From Macrostomum lignano (taxonomy: Eukaryota), in assembly GCA_002269645.1 (NCBI GenBank), contig NIVC01001980.1, positions 1-64,000 on the forward strand: a DNA stretch of 64,000 nt. Reading direction: 5' to 3'. Below are positions 38,501 to 51,834 of this stretch, one piece after another. The position numbers were made by a program, and so were the translations under genes. The notes under the pieces were generated by a model, which saw only the letters and a program-made list of their open reading frames with translations, was not told the DNA's origin and did no database searches. Position 1 is the first letter of the stretch. Each line of letters starts with the position of its first letter.

Positions 38501-41500
38501 ACCGCATGGCGAAGCTGAGCGAGTCGGCTAGCTTGTTTGAGGTTCCAGTGTCGGACTATAAGCAGTTGAAGCAGTGCCGAAAGGAGCTCAAGCAGCTCAA
38601 GCAGCTATGGGACTACATCTTCCTCGTCCGCTTCTCTATCGAGGACTGGAAGACAACGCCGTGGCGGGAGATTAACGTCGAGCAGATGGACCTGGACTGC
38701 AAGCGTTTCGCCAAGGATGTGCGTGCGCTGGACAAAGAGATGCGGGCTTGGGATGCTTACACTGGAGTTGAAGAGGAAGTCAAGAACATGATGACTTCCC
38801 TGCGAGCGGTCAGCGAGTTGCAAAATCCTGCTATCCGAGACCGCCACTGGGCGCAGCTCATGCAGGCAACTGGCGTCAAGTTCACAATGGATGACAAGAC
38901 CACTCTGGCGGATCTGCTGTCGCTCAACTTGCACAAGTATGAGGAGGACGTGCGCAACATCGTAGACAAGTCTGTCAAGGAAATGTCAATGGAGAAGGTG
39001 CTCAAGGAGCTGGAGGTTACCTGGGCACAGATGGAGTTCGAGCATGACAAGCATCCGAGAACTCAGGTTACACTGCTGAAGGCAAGCGAAGAATTGATTG
39101 AGACGTTGGAGGACAATCAAGTGCAGCTCCAGAACATGATAACATCAAAGTACATCGCGCACTTTGCCACTGAAGTAAACTCCTGGCAGCAGAAGTTGAG
39201 CACGGCCGATCAGGTAATCCAGATTTGGTTCGAGGTTCAGCGGACCTGGTCCCATCTTGAGTCGATCTTCATCGGTTCTGAGGACATCCGGAAGCAGCTG
39301 CCAGAAGATTCAGAACGCTTTGACCAGGTGGACAAGGACTTCAAAGAGATTATCTCCGAAGTGGAGGTAACACAGAACGTTGTAGAGGCGACAAGCAAGC
39401 CGCGCTTGTACGAGCGTCTGGAGGCTATCCAGGGCCAGTTGGTCTTGTGCGAGAAGGCTCTAGCAGAATATCTCGAAACCAAGCGCCTGGCCTTCCCTCG
39501 ATTCTACTTCGTGTCTTCGGCTGACTTGCTCGACATCCTGTCGAATGGAAACTCGCCACCGGCGGTGATGAAGCACTTGACGAAACTGTTCGACAGCACA
39601 GCGCGTCTAGAATTGAAGAAGGAAGGTGGCGCAGAGACCAAGGTGGCGACCGACATGTACGCCAAAGACGGTGAGAAAGTCAAGCTGTCAAAGATAATCG
39701 ATCTGAGCGGCCAGGTAGAGGTGTGGCTGAACCGCGTACTTGATGAGATGCGCGACACTGTTCGGAAGTCGCTAGCTGACGCTGTCAGCACCTACGAAGA
39801 AAAGCCGCGTGACCAATGGATTTTCGACTATCCGGCGCAAGTGGCCTTGGCTGGCAGTCAGATTGGCTGGTCTGGCGAGGTCAACATTGCCTTCGCCCGC
39901 CTTGAGGAGGGTTACGAGAACTCGCTGAAAGACTATAACAAGAAGCAGATCGCACAGCTGAACGCCCTGATCCAGATGCTGATTGGCGAGCTGTCTGGAC
40001 AGGACCGACAGAAAATCATGACCATCTGTACCATCGACGTGCACAATCGAGATGTCGTAGCTAAACTGATTGCCCAGAAGGTAGAGAATTCGCAGGCCTT
40101 CACCTGGCTGTCCCAGCTGCGCCATCGTTGGGATGAAAAGGACGAAAAGGGAGGAATCAAGGGCGACTGCTTTACCAACATCTGCGACGCGCAGTTCCGC
40201 TACGCTCACGAGTACTTGGGTAACACGCCGCGACTTGTGATCACTCCGCTCACTGATCGCTGCTACATTACACTGACCCAGTCGCTGCATCTCATCATGA
40301 GCGGCGCTCCTGCAGGACCAGCAGGTAAAAATAGGCTTGGTTTCAAACGCTTTAAAGTAATTTGCTAGTTGGTGCATGCTTTTACACTTTTAATTTTACA
40401 CTGCTCTTACCGCTTTTCTATAAAATAGGTACTGGAAAGACGGAGACGACGAAAGATCTTGGCCGAGCCCTGGGCATCATGGTTTACGTGTTCAACTGCT
40501 CCGAACAGATGGACTACAAGTCTGTCGGAAACATTTACAAGGGCCTGGCGCAGTCTGGTGCCTGGGGCTGCTTTGACGAGTTCAACCGCATCTCCGTAGA
40601 GGTGTTGTCCGTGGTGGCCGTTCAGGTGAAGTGCATCCAGGATGCCATCAAGTACAAGAAGACCCGCTTCGACTTCCTCGGCGAGGAGATTCACCTGGAA
40701 GCATCGGTGGGCATCTTCATCACCATGAACCCGGGGTAAGGATCTCTTCCATGTCCTGACTAAATTCGTATTTAAAATATCGATTAGCAAATAACCCCCC
40801 TCGAATTCCTTACAGCTATGCCGGCCGAACCGAGCTGCCAGAGAATTTGAAGGCACTGTTCCGACCCTGTGCTATGGTCGTGCCCGACTTCGAGCTAATC
40901 GCTGAGATCATGATGGTTGCCGAGGGCTTTTTGGAGGCGCGTCTCCTGGCAAGAAAATTCATCACCCTGTACTCGCTGTGCAGAGAGCTGCTGTCGAAGC
41001 AGGATCACTACGATTGGGGTCTGCGGGCCATCAAGTCTGTGCTGGTGGTGGCCGGCGCCCTGAAGAGAGGCGATCCGCAGCGGCCGGAAGATCAGGTGCT
41101 GATGCGAGCCCTGCGCGACTTCAACATCCCAAAGATTGTAACCGACGATCTTCCCATCTTCATGGGTCTCATCGGTGACCTGTTCCCCGCCTTGGACGTG
41201 CCGAGGAAGCGCGACCTGGACTTCGAGAAGGAGGTGCGCACTGCTACACTGGATCTCAAGCTCCAGCCAGAGGACAACTTCATCCTGAAGGTCGTGCAGC
41301 TTCAGGAGCTTTTCGCTGTACGACACTCTGTGTTCGTGCTGGGCAACGCTGGAACTGGCAAGTCGAAAGTGTGGCGCGCCCTGAACAAAACGTACCAGAA
41401 CCAGAAGAAGAAACCAATGGCTGTCGATTTGAATCCCAAGGCCGTGACCAACGACGAGCTGTTCGGCATCATCAATCCGTCGACGCGAGAGTGGAAGGAC

Positions 41501-44500
41501 GGTCTCTTCTCTGTGATCATGCGCGACCTTGCCAACATCACCCACGATGGCCCCAAGTGGATTGTTCTCGATGGCGACATCGATCCCATGTGGATTGAGT
41601 CGCTGAACACTGTCATGGACGACAACAAGATCCTGACGCTGGCCTCTAACGAGCGCATTCCTTTGACGCCTTCAATGCGCCTACTGTTTGAGATCAGCCA
41701 CCTGAAGACGGCAACACCTGCCACCGTGTCCCGTGCCGGTATTCTGTACCTGAACCCGGCCGACCTGGGTTGGAACCCGTACGTCCAGTCTTGGCTGGCG
41801 ACGCGCGAAGTGCAAGCCGAGCAGGCGAACCTGCAAATTCTATTCGAGAAGTACGTGCCACCCTGTCTGGACGTGCTGCGTCACAGATTTAAGAAGATTA
41901 CACCGATTGCGGATATCGCACACATCCAGATGCTGTGCTCGCTGCTTGAGTGCCTGGTGACCCAGGACAACTGCCCCCAGGACTGCCCTAAAGAGTGGTA
42001 CGAGATCTACTTTGTCTTCTGCTGCGTCTGGGCCTTTGGTGGCTCAATGTTCCAGGACCAGCTGGTCGACCATCGAGTCGAGTTCACGAAGTGGTGGATC
42101 ACAGAATTCAAGACGGTCAAATTCCCAGCCCAGGGAACTGTCTTTGACTACTTCATTGATCCCGAGTCGAAGAAGTTTGAGCCGTGGACCAAGATCGTGC
42201 AAAAGTTTGAGCTGGATCCCGACATCCCGCTGCAGGTATGTATATAAAACTCTTTCTGGCATTGAGCTCTGTGTGATGTGAGACATGCTAACCAAAAAAA
42301 CATAGCGTAATGGATACGTTATATCATTTTACTAACAAGACTAAGATAGGAAAACACGCACACACGACTAACCCGTATCATAGAAGCCACAGCAGAATGC
42401 TACGCAATCGGGGGCTCAAGGCCACCCGACGGAGCAGCAGCAGCAGCCACCACAGCCAGGGGTCCTGAGGATCCAGCAGCAGCAGCAACAGCAGCAGCAG
42501 CACTTGGATCCGAAGCAGCGACCCGCCTCCGTGGTGCAACCAACTAGGCGACCGGTGATAAACCTGCATGAGGTGAACTGTCTGGCCTTGCCTGCATTCA
42601 CGGTCGCCAGACAGAAATCACAACCAGCTGAGATGCTATCACTTCACAGCAGCATTTCTTTGTTGTCTAATGAGCTTTAATTTTTCGCATATCACATAAA
42701 TTGCGTTACTTATTATATTAAAAGAATATTTTTCTGCCTTGGTTCGTAAATTTTGCAATTCTGATGCGCAAGTTTTTCACTATTGTGTCGCGGAGTAAAA
42801 ATCACAAAACTTGCTTTAAATTTGTCTTTTTATATGTTACATGCCATGAAAACAAACATTCCACTTTCATTCATTACACAGGCCGCTCTGGTGCCGACAT
42901 CGGAGACCACGCGCATTCGCTACTTCCTGGACCTGCTGATCGAGAAGAAGCGGCCGGTCATGCTGATTGGAGGCGCCGGAACAGGCAAGTCAGTTCTGCT
43001 CGGAGACAAACTCAGCAGTCTGGGCGAGGACTACATGGTCGCGAACGTGCCGTTCAACTTTTACACCACCTCTGAGATGCTGCAGCGCGTTCTGGAGAAG
43101 CCGCTGGAGAAGAAGGCTGGACGAAACTTTGGTCCGCCGGGCACCAAGAAGCTGATCTACTTCATCGACGATTTGAATATGCCCGAGGTAGACAAGTACT
43201 TCACGGTGCAGCCGCACACTCTGATTCGGCAGCACATGGACTACAGCCATTGGTACGACCGAGCAAAACTGACTCTGAAGGATATCCACAACACTCAGTA
43301 CGTCGCTTGCATGAACCCGACTGCTGGCAGTTTCACCATCAATCCGCGTCTGCAGCGTCATTTCGCCGTCTTTGCGCTGTCCTTCCCCGGACAAGACGCG
43401 GTGCGCACGATCTACAACAGTATCCTGTCGCAGCATCTGCAGATGCAGAGCTTCCCAGCGCCAGTTCAGAAGATGGCCAGCAGTATTACAGACACGGCGC
43501 TCACGCTGCACAACAAGATGGCGTCTGTGTTCCTACCAACCGCCATCAAGTTTCACTACGTGTTTAACCTGCGTGATCTGAGCAACATCTTTCAGGTATG
43601 TTTCAATGCGAATATGACGAACAGCTTACAATATTTTTGCATGTTTTATTTGAATTCTAATACGCTTGTCTCTACTTCTTTCAGGGACTGCTGTTTTCCG
43701 CTCCGGACTGCCTGAAGCAGCCAACAGACATTATCCGCCTCTACATGCACGAGGCGGAGCGCGTCTACTGCGACAAGCTGACGGAGGAGGCCGACATCGA
43801 AACGTACAAGAAGATTGTGAAGGAAATCGTGAAAAAAGGATTTGAAGATCAGATGGACGAGGCAGTGGTGTTCGCGTCGCCAAACATGTACTGCCATTTC
43901 TCGACCGGCATCGGAGAGCCCAAGTACATGCCAGTGGAGAAGTTCGAGGACATCAACAAGATCCTGCTGGACGCGCTGGATAATTACAACGAGATCAATG
44001 CGGCGATGAACCTAGTGCTGTTCGAGGACGCTATTTCGCACATTCTGCGCATCAACCGCATCCTGGAGTCTCCCCGTGGAAACGCCCTACTGGTTGGAGT
44101 CGGTGGCTCTGGCAAACAGTCGCTGTCCCGTCTAGCTGCCTTTATCAGCAGTCTAGAGGTGTTCCAGATCACCCTCCGCAAGGGCTACAGCATCCCAGAC
44201 CTCAAGGCAGACCTCGCTCAGCTGTACATCAAGTCTGGTCTGAAGAACATCGGCATGGTATTCCTGATGACGGATGCACAAGTGGCCGATGAGAAGTTCC
44301 TTGTGCTCGTCAACGATCTCCTGGCATCTGGTGAGATCGCTGACCTCCTACCTGACGATGAAGTTGAAAACGTAATCAATGGAATGCGCTCTGAAGTAAA
44401 GGGAGTTGGCCTGCAAGACACTCGGGAGAACTGCTGGAAGTTCTTCATCGAAAAGGTCCGGAGAACTCTAAAGGTGATTCTGTGCTTCAGCCCAGTTGGC

Positions 44501-47500
44501 ACAACACTTCGCGTTCGTGCTCGCAAGTTCCCAGCGGTCGTCAACTGCACGTCAATTGACTGGTTCCACGAATGGCCCAAAGAAGCTTTGGTGTCCGTTT
44601 CCCGGCGCTTCCTGCAAGACGTGGAACTTTTGGACGAGGCCTCTCGGGAGACGGTGGCTCAGTTCATGAGCTTTGTGCACAAATCAGTGAATGAGAAGAG
44701 CGCTGAGTACCTACTAAATGAGCGCCGATACAACTACACAACGCCGAAGTCCTTCTTGGAGCAGATCAATTTGTATCAGAACATGCTGAAACGCCAGCAC
44801 GCAGACCTACTGGGAAAAATGAGCCGTCTGGAGAACGGTCTGGAGAAACTCGAATCTACAGCGCAACAAGTAGACGATCTGAAAGCAAAATTGGCAGCAC
44901 AGGAAGTAGAGCTATCTCAAAAGAATGAAGATGCAAACAAACTATTAGAAATTGTTGGCACAGAGACGGACAAGGTCAGCAAAGAAAAGGAGTTCGCCGA
45001 CCAAGAGGAGCAAAAGGTGACGGAGATCAAAGCTAACGTGACAGTCAAGCAGAAAGAATGCGAAGAGGATCTGGCAAAGGCTGAGCCCGCACTGCAGGCG
45101 GCCCAAGATGCGTTGAACACACTTAACAAAAACAACCTGACCGAGATGAAATCTTTTGGTACTCCACCGGAGGCTGTGGTTAAGGTGGCCGCTGCCGTAA
45201 TGTGTCTGCTAGCACCCGGAGGAAAGGTTCCTAGGGTCAATGACCGTACCTGGAAGAACTCCAAGGCAGGTATCATGAGTAAAGTGGATCAATTCCTGGA
45301 CAACTTGATCAACTACGACAAGGACAACATTCACGAGAACTGCCTTAAGGAAGTTGACAGGTACATTAAGGATCCAGAGTTTGAACCTGAGTTGATCAGA
45401 TCGAAGTCTATCGCCGCCTCTGGTCTGTGCTCTTGGGTCATCAACATCGTTAGGTATTACGAGGTGTACACATTTGTAAAGCCCAAGCGTGACGCTCTGG
45501 ATGAGGCGAATGAGCAGCTGCGACAGGCTACCGATAAGCTGGAGGGAATTCAGGCCAAGATCCGTGAGCTGGAGAACAAGCTGGCTATCCTGACTGCTGA
45601 GTTTGAAAAGGCCACGGCTGATAAGCTGAAGTGTCAACAGGAGGCGGACCTGACATACAAAACCATCGAGCTAGCAAACCGTCTGGTCGGTGGACTGGCC
45701 TCAGAGAATATCCGTTGGGCGAACCAGGTAAAGCTCTACAAAGAGCAGGAGAAGACTCTGCCAGGAGATGTCCTCATCACTGCAGCCTTCCTGTCCTACG
45801 TCGGATGCTTCACGAAACAGTACCGAATGGACCTTATGGAGCAGATGTGGCTGCCATTCCTTAAGGGCCTGCCGAATTCAGTGCCAACTACGGAGAACAT
45901 CGATCCTATCTCCATGCTTGTTGACGATGCACAGATTGCCACGTGGAACAACGAGGGCCTGCCAAGCGATCGCATGTCGATTGAGAATGCCACAATTCTG
46001 ACAAGCGCCGAGCGCTGGCCACTAATGATCGACCCCCAGCTTCAGGGCATCAAGTGGATTAAGAACAGGTACGGCGATTCCCTGAGGGTGATCAGACTGG
46101 GCAACAAGGGCTACATGGACAAGATCGAGGCGGCTGTCTCCGCTGGTGACACAGTGCTGCTGGAGCAGATCGAAGAGAATGTCGATCCAGTTTTGGACCC
46201 GCTGCTTGGGCGAAACACCATCAAGAAGGGACGCGCCATTAAGCTGGGTGACAAGGAGGTTGAATATAACCCTGACTTCAGGCTGATTCTACAGACAAAA
46301 CTGGCTAACCCGCACTACAAGCCTGAAATGCAGGCTCAGACAACGCTAATTAACTTCACTGTGACACGCGATGGCCTGGAGGACCAGCTGTTGGCGTCCG
46401 TCGTGAGCAAGGAACGGCCGGATTTGGAACAGCTCAAGTCTGACCTGACAAGGCAGCAAACGAGTTCAAGATCACACTGAAGAATCTTGAGGACTCCCTA
46501 CTGGCGCGTCTCTCCGCTGCGGAAGGCAATTTCCTGGGTGACTACGCCTTGGTGGAAAATCTTGAGACCAACAAGCGAACGGCCATCGAAATTGAAGAAA
46601 AGGTTGCACAGGCCAAGATTACAGAGGTCGAGATTAATGAGGCTCGCGAATGGTACCGAACTGCTGCAGGCCGAGCATCGCTGCTGTACTTCATCCTGAA
46701 CGATCTGAATAAGATCAACCCGATGTACCAGTTCTCTCTGAAGGCCTTCCGCGTTGTTTTCGACAAGGGCATTGACCGCGCTGAGCCAAACGAGGAGCTG
46801 AAAGAGCGTGTGAAGAATCTGATTGATTCGATCACGTACTCAATCTATGTGTACACAACCCGAGGTCTTTTCGAAAGGGACAAGCTCATCTTCACAGCCC
46901 AGATGGCTTTCCAGATTTTGCTATTGAACAAAGAGATCAAAGCCAAGTGAACTGGACTTCCTGCTTCGTTTTCCCAATCGTGCCGAACCTTACAANNNNN
47001 NNNNNNNNNNNNNNNNNNNNNNNNNNNNNNNNNNNNNNNNNNNNNNNNNNNNNNNNNNNNNNNNNNNNNNNNNNNNNNNNNNNNNNNNNNNNNNNNNNNN
47101 NNNNNNNNNNNNNNNNNNNNNNNNNNNNNNNNNNNNNNNNNNNNNNNNNNNNNNNNNNNNNNNNNNNNNNNNNNNNNNNNNNNNNNNNNNNNNNNNNNNN
47201 NNNNNNNNNNNNNNNNNNNNACAGGTACATTAAGGATCCAGAGTTTGAACCTGAGTTGATCAGATCGAAGTCTATCGCCGCCTCTGGTCTGTGCTCTTGG
47301 GTCATCAACATCGTTAGGTATTACGAGGTGTACACATTTGTAAAGCCCAAGCGTGACGCTCTGGATGAGGCGAATGAGCAGCTGCGACAGGCTACCGATA
47401 AGCTGGAGGGAATTCAGGCCAAGATCCGTGAGCTGGAGAAAGCTGGCTATCCTGACTGCTGAGTTTGAAAAGGCCACGGCTGATAAGCTGAAGTGTCAAC

Positions 47501-50500
47501 AGGAGGCGGACCTGACATACAAAACCATCGAGCTAGCAAACCGTCTGGTCGGTGGACTGGCCTCAGAGAATATCCGTTGGGCGAACCAGGTAAAGCTCTA
47601 CAAAGAGCAGGAGAAGACTCTGCCAGGAGATGTCCTCATCACTGCAGCCTTCCTGTCCTACGTCGGATGCTTCACGAAACAGTACCGAATGGACCTTATG
47701 GAGCAGATGTGGCTGCCATTCCTTAAGGGCCTGCCGAATTCAGTGCCAACTACGGAGAACATCGATCCTATCTCCATGCTTGTTGACGATGCACAGATTG
47801 CCACGTGGAACAACGAGGGCCTGCAAGCGATCGCATGTCGATTGAGAATGCCACAATTCTGACAAGCGCCGAGCGCTGGCCACTAATGATCGACCCCCAG
47901 CTTCAGGGCATCAAGTGGATTAAGAACAGGTACGGCGATTCCCTGAGGGTGATCAGACTGGGCAACAAGGGCTACATGGACAAGATCGAGGCGGCTGTCT
48001 CCGCTGGTGACACAGTGCTGCTGGAGCAGATCGAAGAGAATGTCGATCCAGTTTTGGACCCGCTGCTTGGGCGAAACACCATCAAGAAGGGACGCGCCAT
48101 TAAGCTGGGTGACAAGGAGGTTGAATATAACCCTGACTTCAGGCTGATTCTACAGACAAAACTGGCTAACCCGCACTACAAGCCTGAAATGCAGGCTCAG
48201 ACAACGCTAATTAACTTCACTGTGACACGCGATGGCCTGGAGGACCAGCTGTTGGCGTCCGTCGTGAGCAAGGAACGGCCGGATTTGGAACAGCTCAAGT
48301 CTGACCTGACAAGGCAGCAAAACGAGTTCAAGATCACACTGAAGAATCTTGAGGACTCCCTACTGGCGCGTCTCTCCGCTGCGGAAGGCAATTTCCTGGG
48401 TGACTACGCCTTGGTGGAAAATCTTGAGACCAACAAGCGAACGGCCATCGAAATTGAAGAAAAGGTTGCACAGGCCAAGATTACAGAGGTCGAGATTAAT
48501 GAGGCTCGCGAATGGTACCGAACTGCTGCAGGCCGAGCATCGCTGCTGTACTTCATCCTGAACGATCTGAATAAGATCAACCCGATGTACCAGTTCTCTC
48601 TGAAGGCCTTCCGCGTTGTTTTCGACAAGGGCATTGACCGCGCTGAGCCAAACGAGGAGCTGAAAGAGCGTGTGAAGAATCTGATTGATTCGATCACGTA
48701 CTCAATCTATGTGTACACAACCCGAGGTCTTTTCGAAAGGGACAAGCTCATCTTCACAGCCCAGATGGCTTTCCAGATTTTGCTATTGAACAAAGAGATC
48801 AAGCCAAGTGAACTGGACTTCCTGCTTCGTTTCCCAATCGTGCCGAACCTTACAACCCCAGTCGACTTCTTGACTAACAATGGCTGGGGTGGTATCAAGG
48901 CGCTATCAAACATGGAAGAGTTCAGAAACCTTGATCGCGATATCGAGGGGTCCGCTAAGCGCTGGAAGAAGTTTGTTGAGAGCGAGTGCCCCGAGAAGGA
49001 AAAATCCCGCAGGAGTGGAAGAACAAGACGGCCCTGCAGCGTCTGTGCATGATGCGTGCTCTGCGCCCCGACCGAATGAGCTACGCAGTAACTGACTTTG
49101 TCGCTGAGAAGCTGGGTCAAAAGTATGTGGAGGGTGCCACACTCGAATTCGCTAAGTCGTATGAAGAGTCTGGCCCTGCGATACCTATTTTCTTCATCCT
49201 ATCGCCTGGTGTTGACCCGTTGAAGGACGTCGAGAAGCTCGGTCGCGCAATCGGCTTCGACTCGGATCACAAGAATTTCCACAACATCAGCTTGGGTCAA
49301 GGTCAAGAGGTGGTCGCTGAAAGAGCTATGGACTTGGCAACTCAAGAAGGACATTGGGTCGTTCTGCAGAACATCCATCTGGTAGCCAAGTGGCTGGGAA
49401 CTCTGGAGAAGAAACTGGAAGAGTATGCCGAGTCTGCGCACGAAAACTACCGCATCTTTGTTTCGGCGGAGCCTCCGTCCAGTGCCGAGTCGCACATCAT
49501 TCCGCAGGGTATTCTCGAGAATGCTATCAAGATCACAAACGAGCCGCCTACCGGTATGTTTGCTAACCTCCACAAGGCGCTTAACAACTTCAACCAGGAC
49601 ACTCTGGAGATGTGCGCGCGTGAAAACGAGTTTAAGACTATTCTGTTTGCACTCTGCTACTTCCACGCTGTCGTGTCGGAGCGACGCAAGTTTGGACCTC
49701 AGGGCTGGAACCGCGTGTATCCATTCAACACAGGTGACCTGGTCATCTCTGTAAACGTGTTGTACAACTACCTGGAGGCCAACTCCAAAGTTCCATGGGA
49801 GGATCTGCGCTACCTGTTTGGTGACATCATGTACGGCGGTCACATACCGACGACTGGGATCGTAAGCTGTGCAAGACCTACCTGGAGGAGTACCTGGCAC
49901 CGGAGATGCTGGATGGCGAGCTCCACTTGGCTCCGGGCTTCCGCATTCCGCCGAACTCAGACTTCAAAGGCTACCACGCATACATTGACGAGTGCCTCCC
50001 GCCTGAGAGCCCGTACCTGTACGGCTTGCACTCGAACGCCGAAATCGAGTTTCTCACAACGACTAGCGAGAAACTGTTCAAGACGGTATTCGAGATGCAG
50101 CCACGCGACACGGGCGCGGGAAGCGGCGGCGGAGTCTCCCGGGAGGAGAAGATCAAACAGATCCTGGATGAGATCATGGAGAAGTTGCCGGACGAGTTCA
50201 ACTTGGTGGAGATCCAAGGCAAGGTGCCGCCAGAGGAGCGTACCCCGTATGTGGTAGTGGCCTTTCAGGAGTGCGAGCGAATGAACATGCTGATTTCGGA
50301 GATCCGAAGAACCCTAAAAGAACTGGACCTTGGCTTGAAGGGCGAACTAACAATCACACCGGACATGGAGGCGCTGAGCAACTCGATGTTCCTCGACCAG
50401 GTGCCGGAGAGCTGGGAGCGCCGAGCCTATCCGTCGCTGTTTGGTCTGACGGTTTGGTACGCAGATCTGCTGCAGCGCGTGAAGGAGCTTGAGAGCTGGA

Positions 50501-50958
50501 CGTCCGACTTCCAGCTGCCCGCAGCCGTGTGGCTCGGCGGCCTGTTCAACCCGCAGTCGTTCCTCACGGCCATCATGCAGCAGATGGCGCGCAAAAACGA
50601 GTGGCCGCTGGACCGAATGTGCCTGCAGTGCGATGTCACCAAGAAGACTCGCGAGGACATGGCCGGACCGCCTAGGGAGGGTGCCTACATCCACGGCCTC
50701 TTCATGGAAGGCGCGCGCTGGGACACGCAGACTGGCATGATCCAGGAGGCCAGACTGAAGGAGCTGGCACCAGTGGTACCGGTCATCTTCATCAAGGCGA
50801 TCCCGGTGGACCGGCAGGATATGCGCAGCATGTACCAGTGCCCAGTGTACAAGACCAAGACACGCGGACCGACTTTCGTGTGGACTTTCAACCTCAAGAC
50901 CAAGGAGAAGCCGGCCAAGTGGGTGTTGGGCGGTGTCGCCCTCCTGCTGCAGGTGTGA
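32516..50958 (+). CDS. DNAH9: Axonemal outer-arm dynein beta heavy chain (DNAH9/11/17 family)
   Basis: Exons 32516-32875, 32996-33246, 33372-33573, 33747-34058, 34150-34665, 34811-35076, 36285-36353, 36450-36576, 36662-36944, 37046-40324, 40429-40735, 40816-42235, 42882-43595 and 43685-50958 (the last includes the gap and overlap). P-loops GPAG|[20 protein letters not shown] and GVGGSGKQ; C-terminus [13 protein letters not shown]. Small-indel frameshifts near 46458, 46940, 47440, 47823, 49003 and 49847. The exact paralog is not resolvable. Confidence 0.95.
46996..47220. other. Assembly gap (225 N) flanked by a ~1.64-kb redundant copy of dynein CDS
   Basis: 45357-46995 is repeated at 47221-48855 and differs essentially by small indels. 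Confidence 0.95.
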
Positions 50959-51834
50959 GACTACTTGAGGCAACAACGAATTTCTTGAGCTATTTGACAT
51001 GTTTAAAATTTTAATGTGGGTCAAACTGTGGCAAAATTGCAGAGCGACTCTGGCAAAAATAGAAATCTGATTAGAATCTTTTGAAAAATATTCTACGAGC
51101 TACGAGCTACGAAAATGAACCCTCGAAATTTCTAATTAAAATGTACTTTTAAATCCAAATCACTTAGTAGACGTTAAAATTAATGCTGCTTTGTCAAGCG
51201 CTCTCGCAATTTGTTTGGGCTGGTAACTATGGCGACCATTGTAACTGACGTGATTTGCTGATTGTAATTCTGAATTTTAAAATCCAAAAACTTTTATGTC
51301 GTATACCAAAGTGCTACGGGGGTACTTTAATTAACTGATTGCTTTTTTCCAAAAAATTTTTGCTAACTTAAAAAGAACTTTATAGCCTGTTTTAATAACA
51401 ATATTGAACTTAATTAACTGTTATTTGTATCGCACAAATATAATTTTTTCTAAGAGTGCTCACAGATAAATCAGGAGCCTTTTTCTTCGATCAATTAATA
51501 CCCGTGCATTTGTCTTCGACAATGAGGGAAATGACTGACACAAAATTAATTGTAGAATTGACTTAATGGTAACACATTGAAATTGCCAAGCAGGCAGAGA
51601 GTTGCCAGTATATAATTGATGCAGAAATTCAGGCTGTTGCTATCAAACGGCGATATTTAAGGTGTTAAAACTAGCTGAATTATCAATACTTAATAATGCT
51701 GTTAAATACTACTATACATGTACGATTACAAAATGCCACTGACTAACAAAAAATTACTATTTTCAACTAGCACTGGGATTGGATGTTTTGGCAGCTACTG
51801 TTAATTATAAGGGAACAGCCAGTCCGAGTCTGCT

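Noticed and set aside
46450-49860. Programmed frameshifting or pseudogenisation of dynein
   Set aside because: The indels differ between the two redundant copies, there are no in-frame stops or sequence decay, and there are no slippery-site signatures. Sequencing error is more parsimonious.
51223-51236. X-box-like gtaactatggcgac downstream of the dynein stop
   Set aside because: It is a single degenerate match between two convergent 3' ends, not at a promoter.
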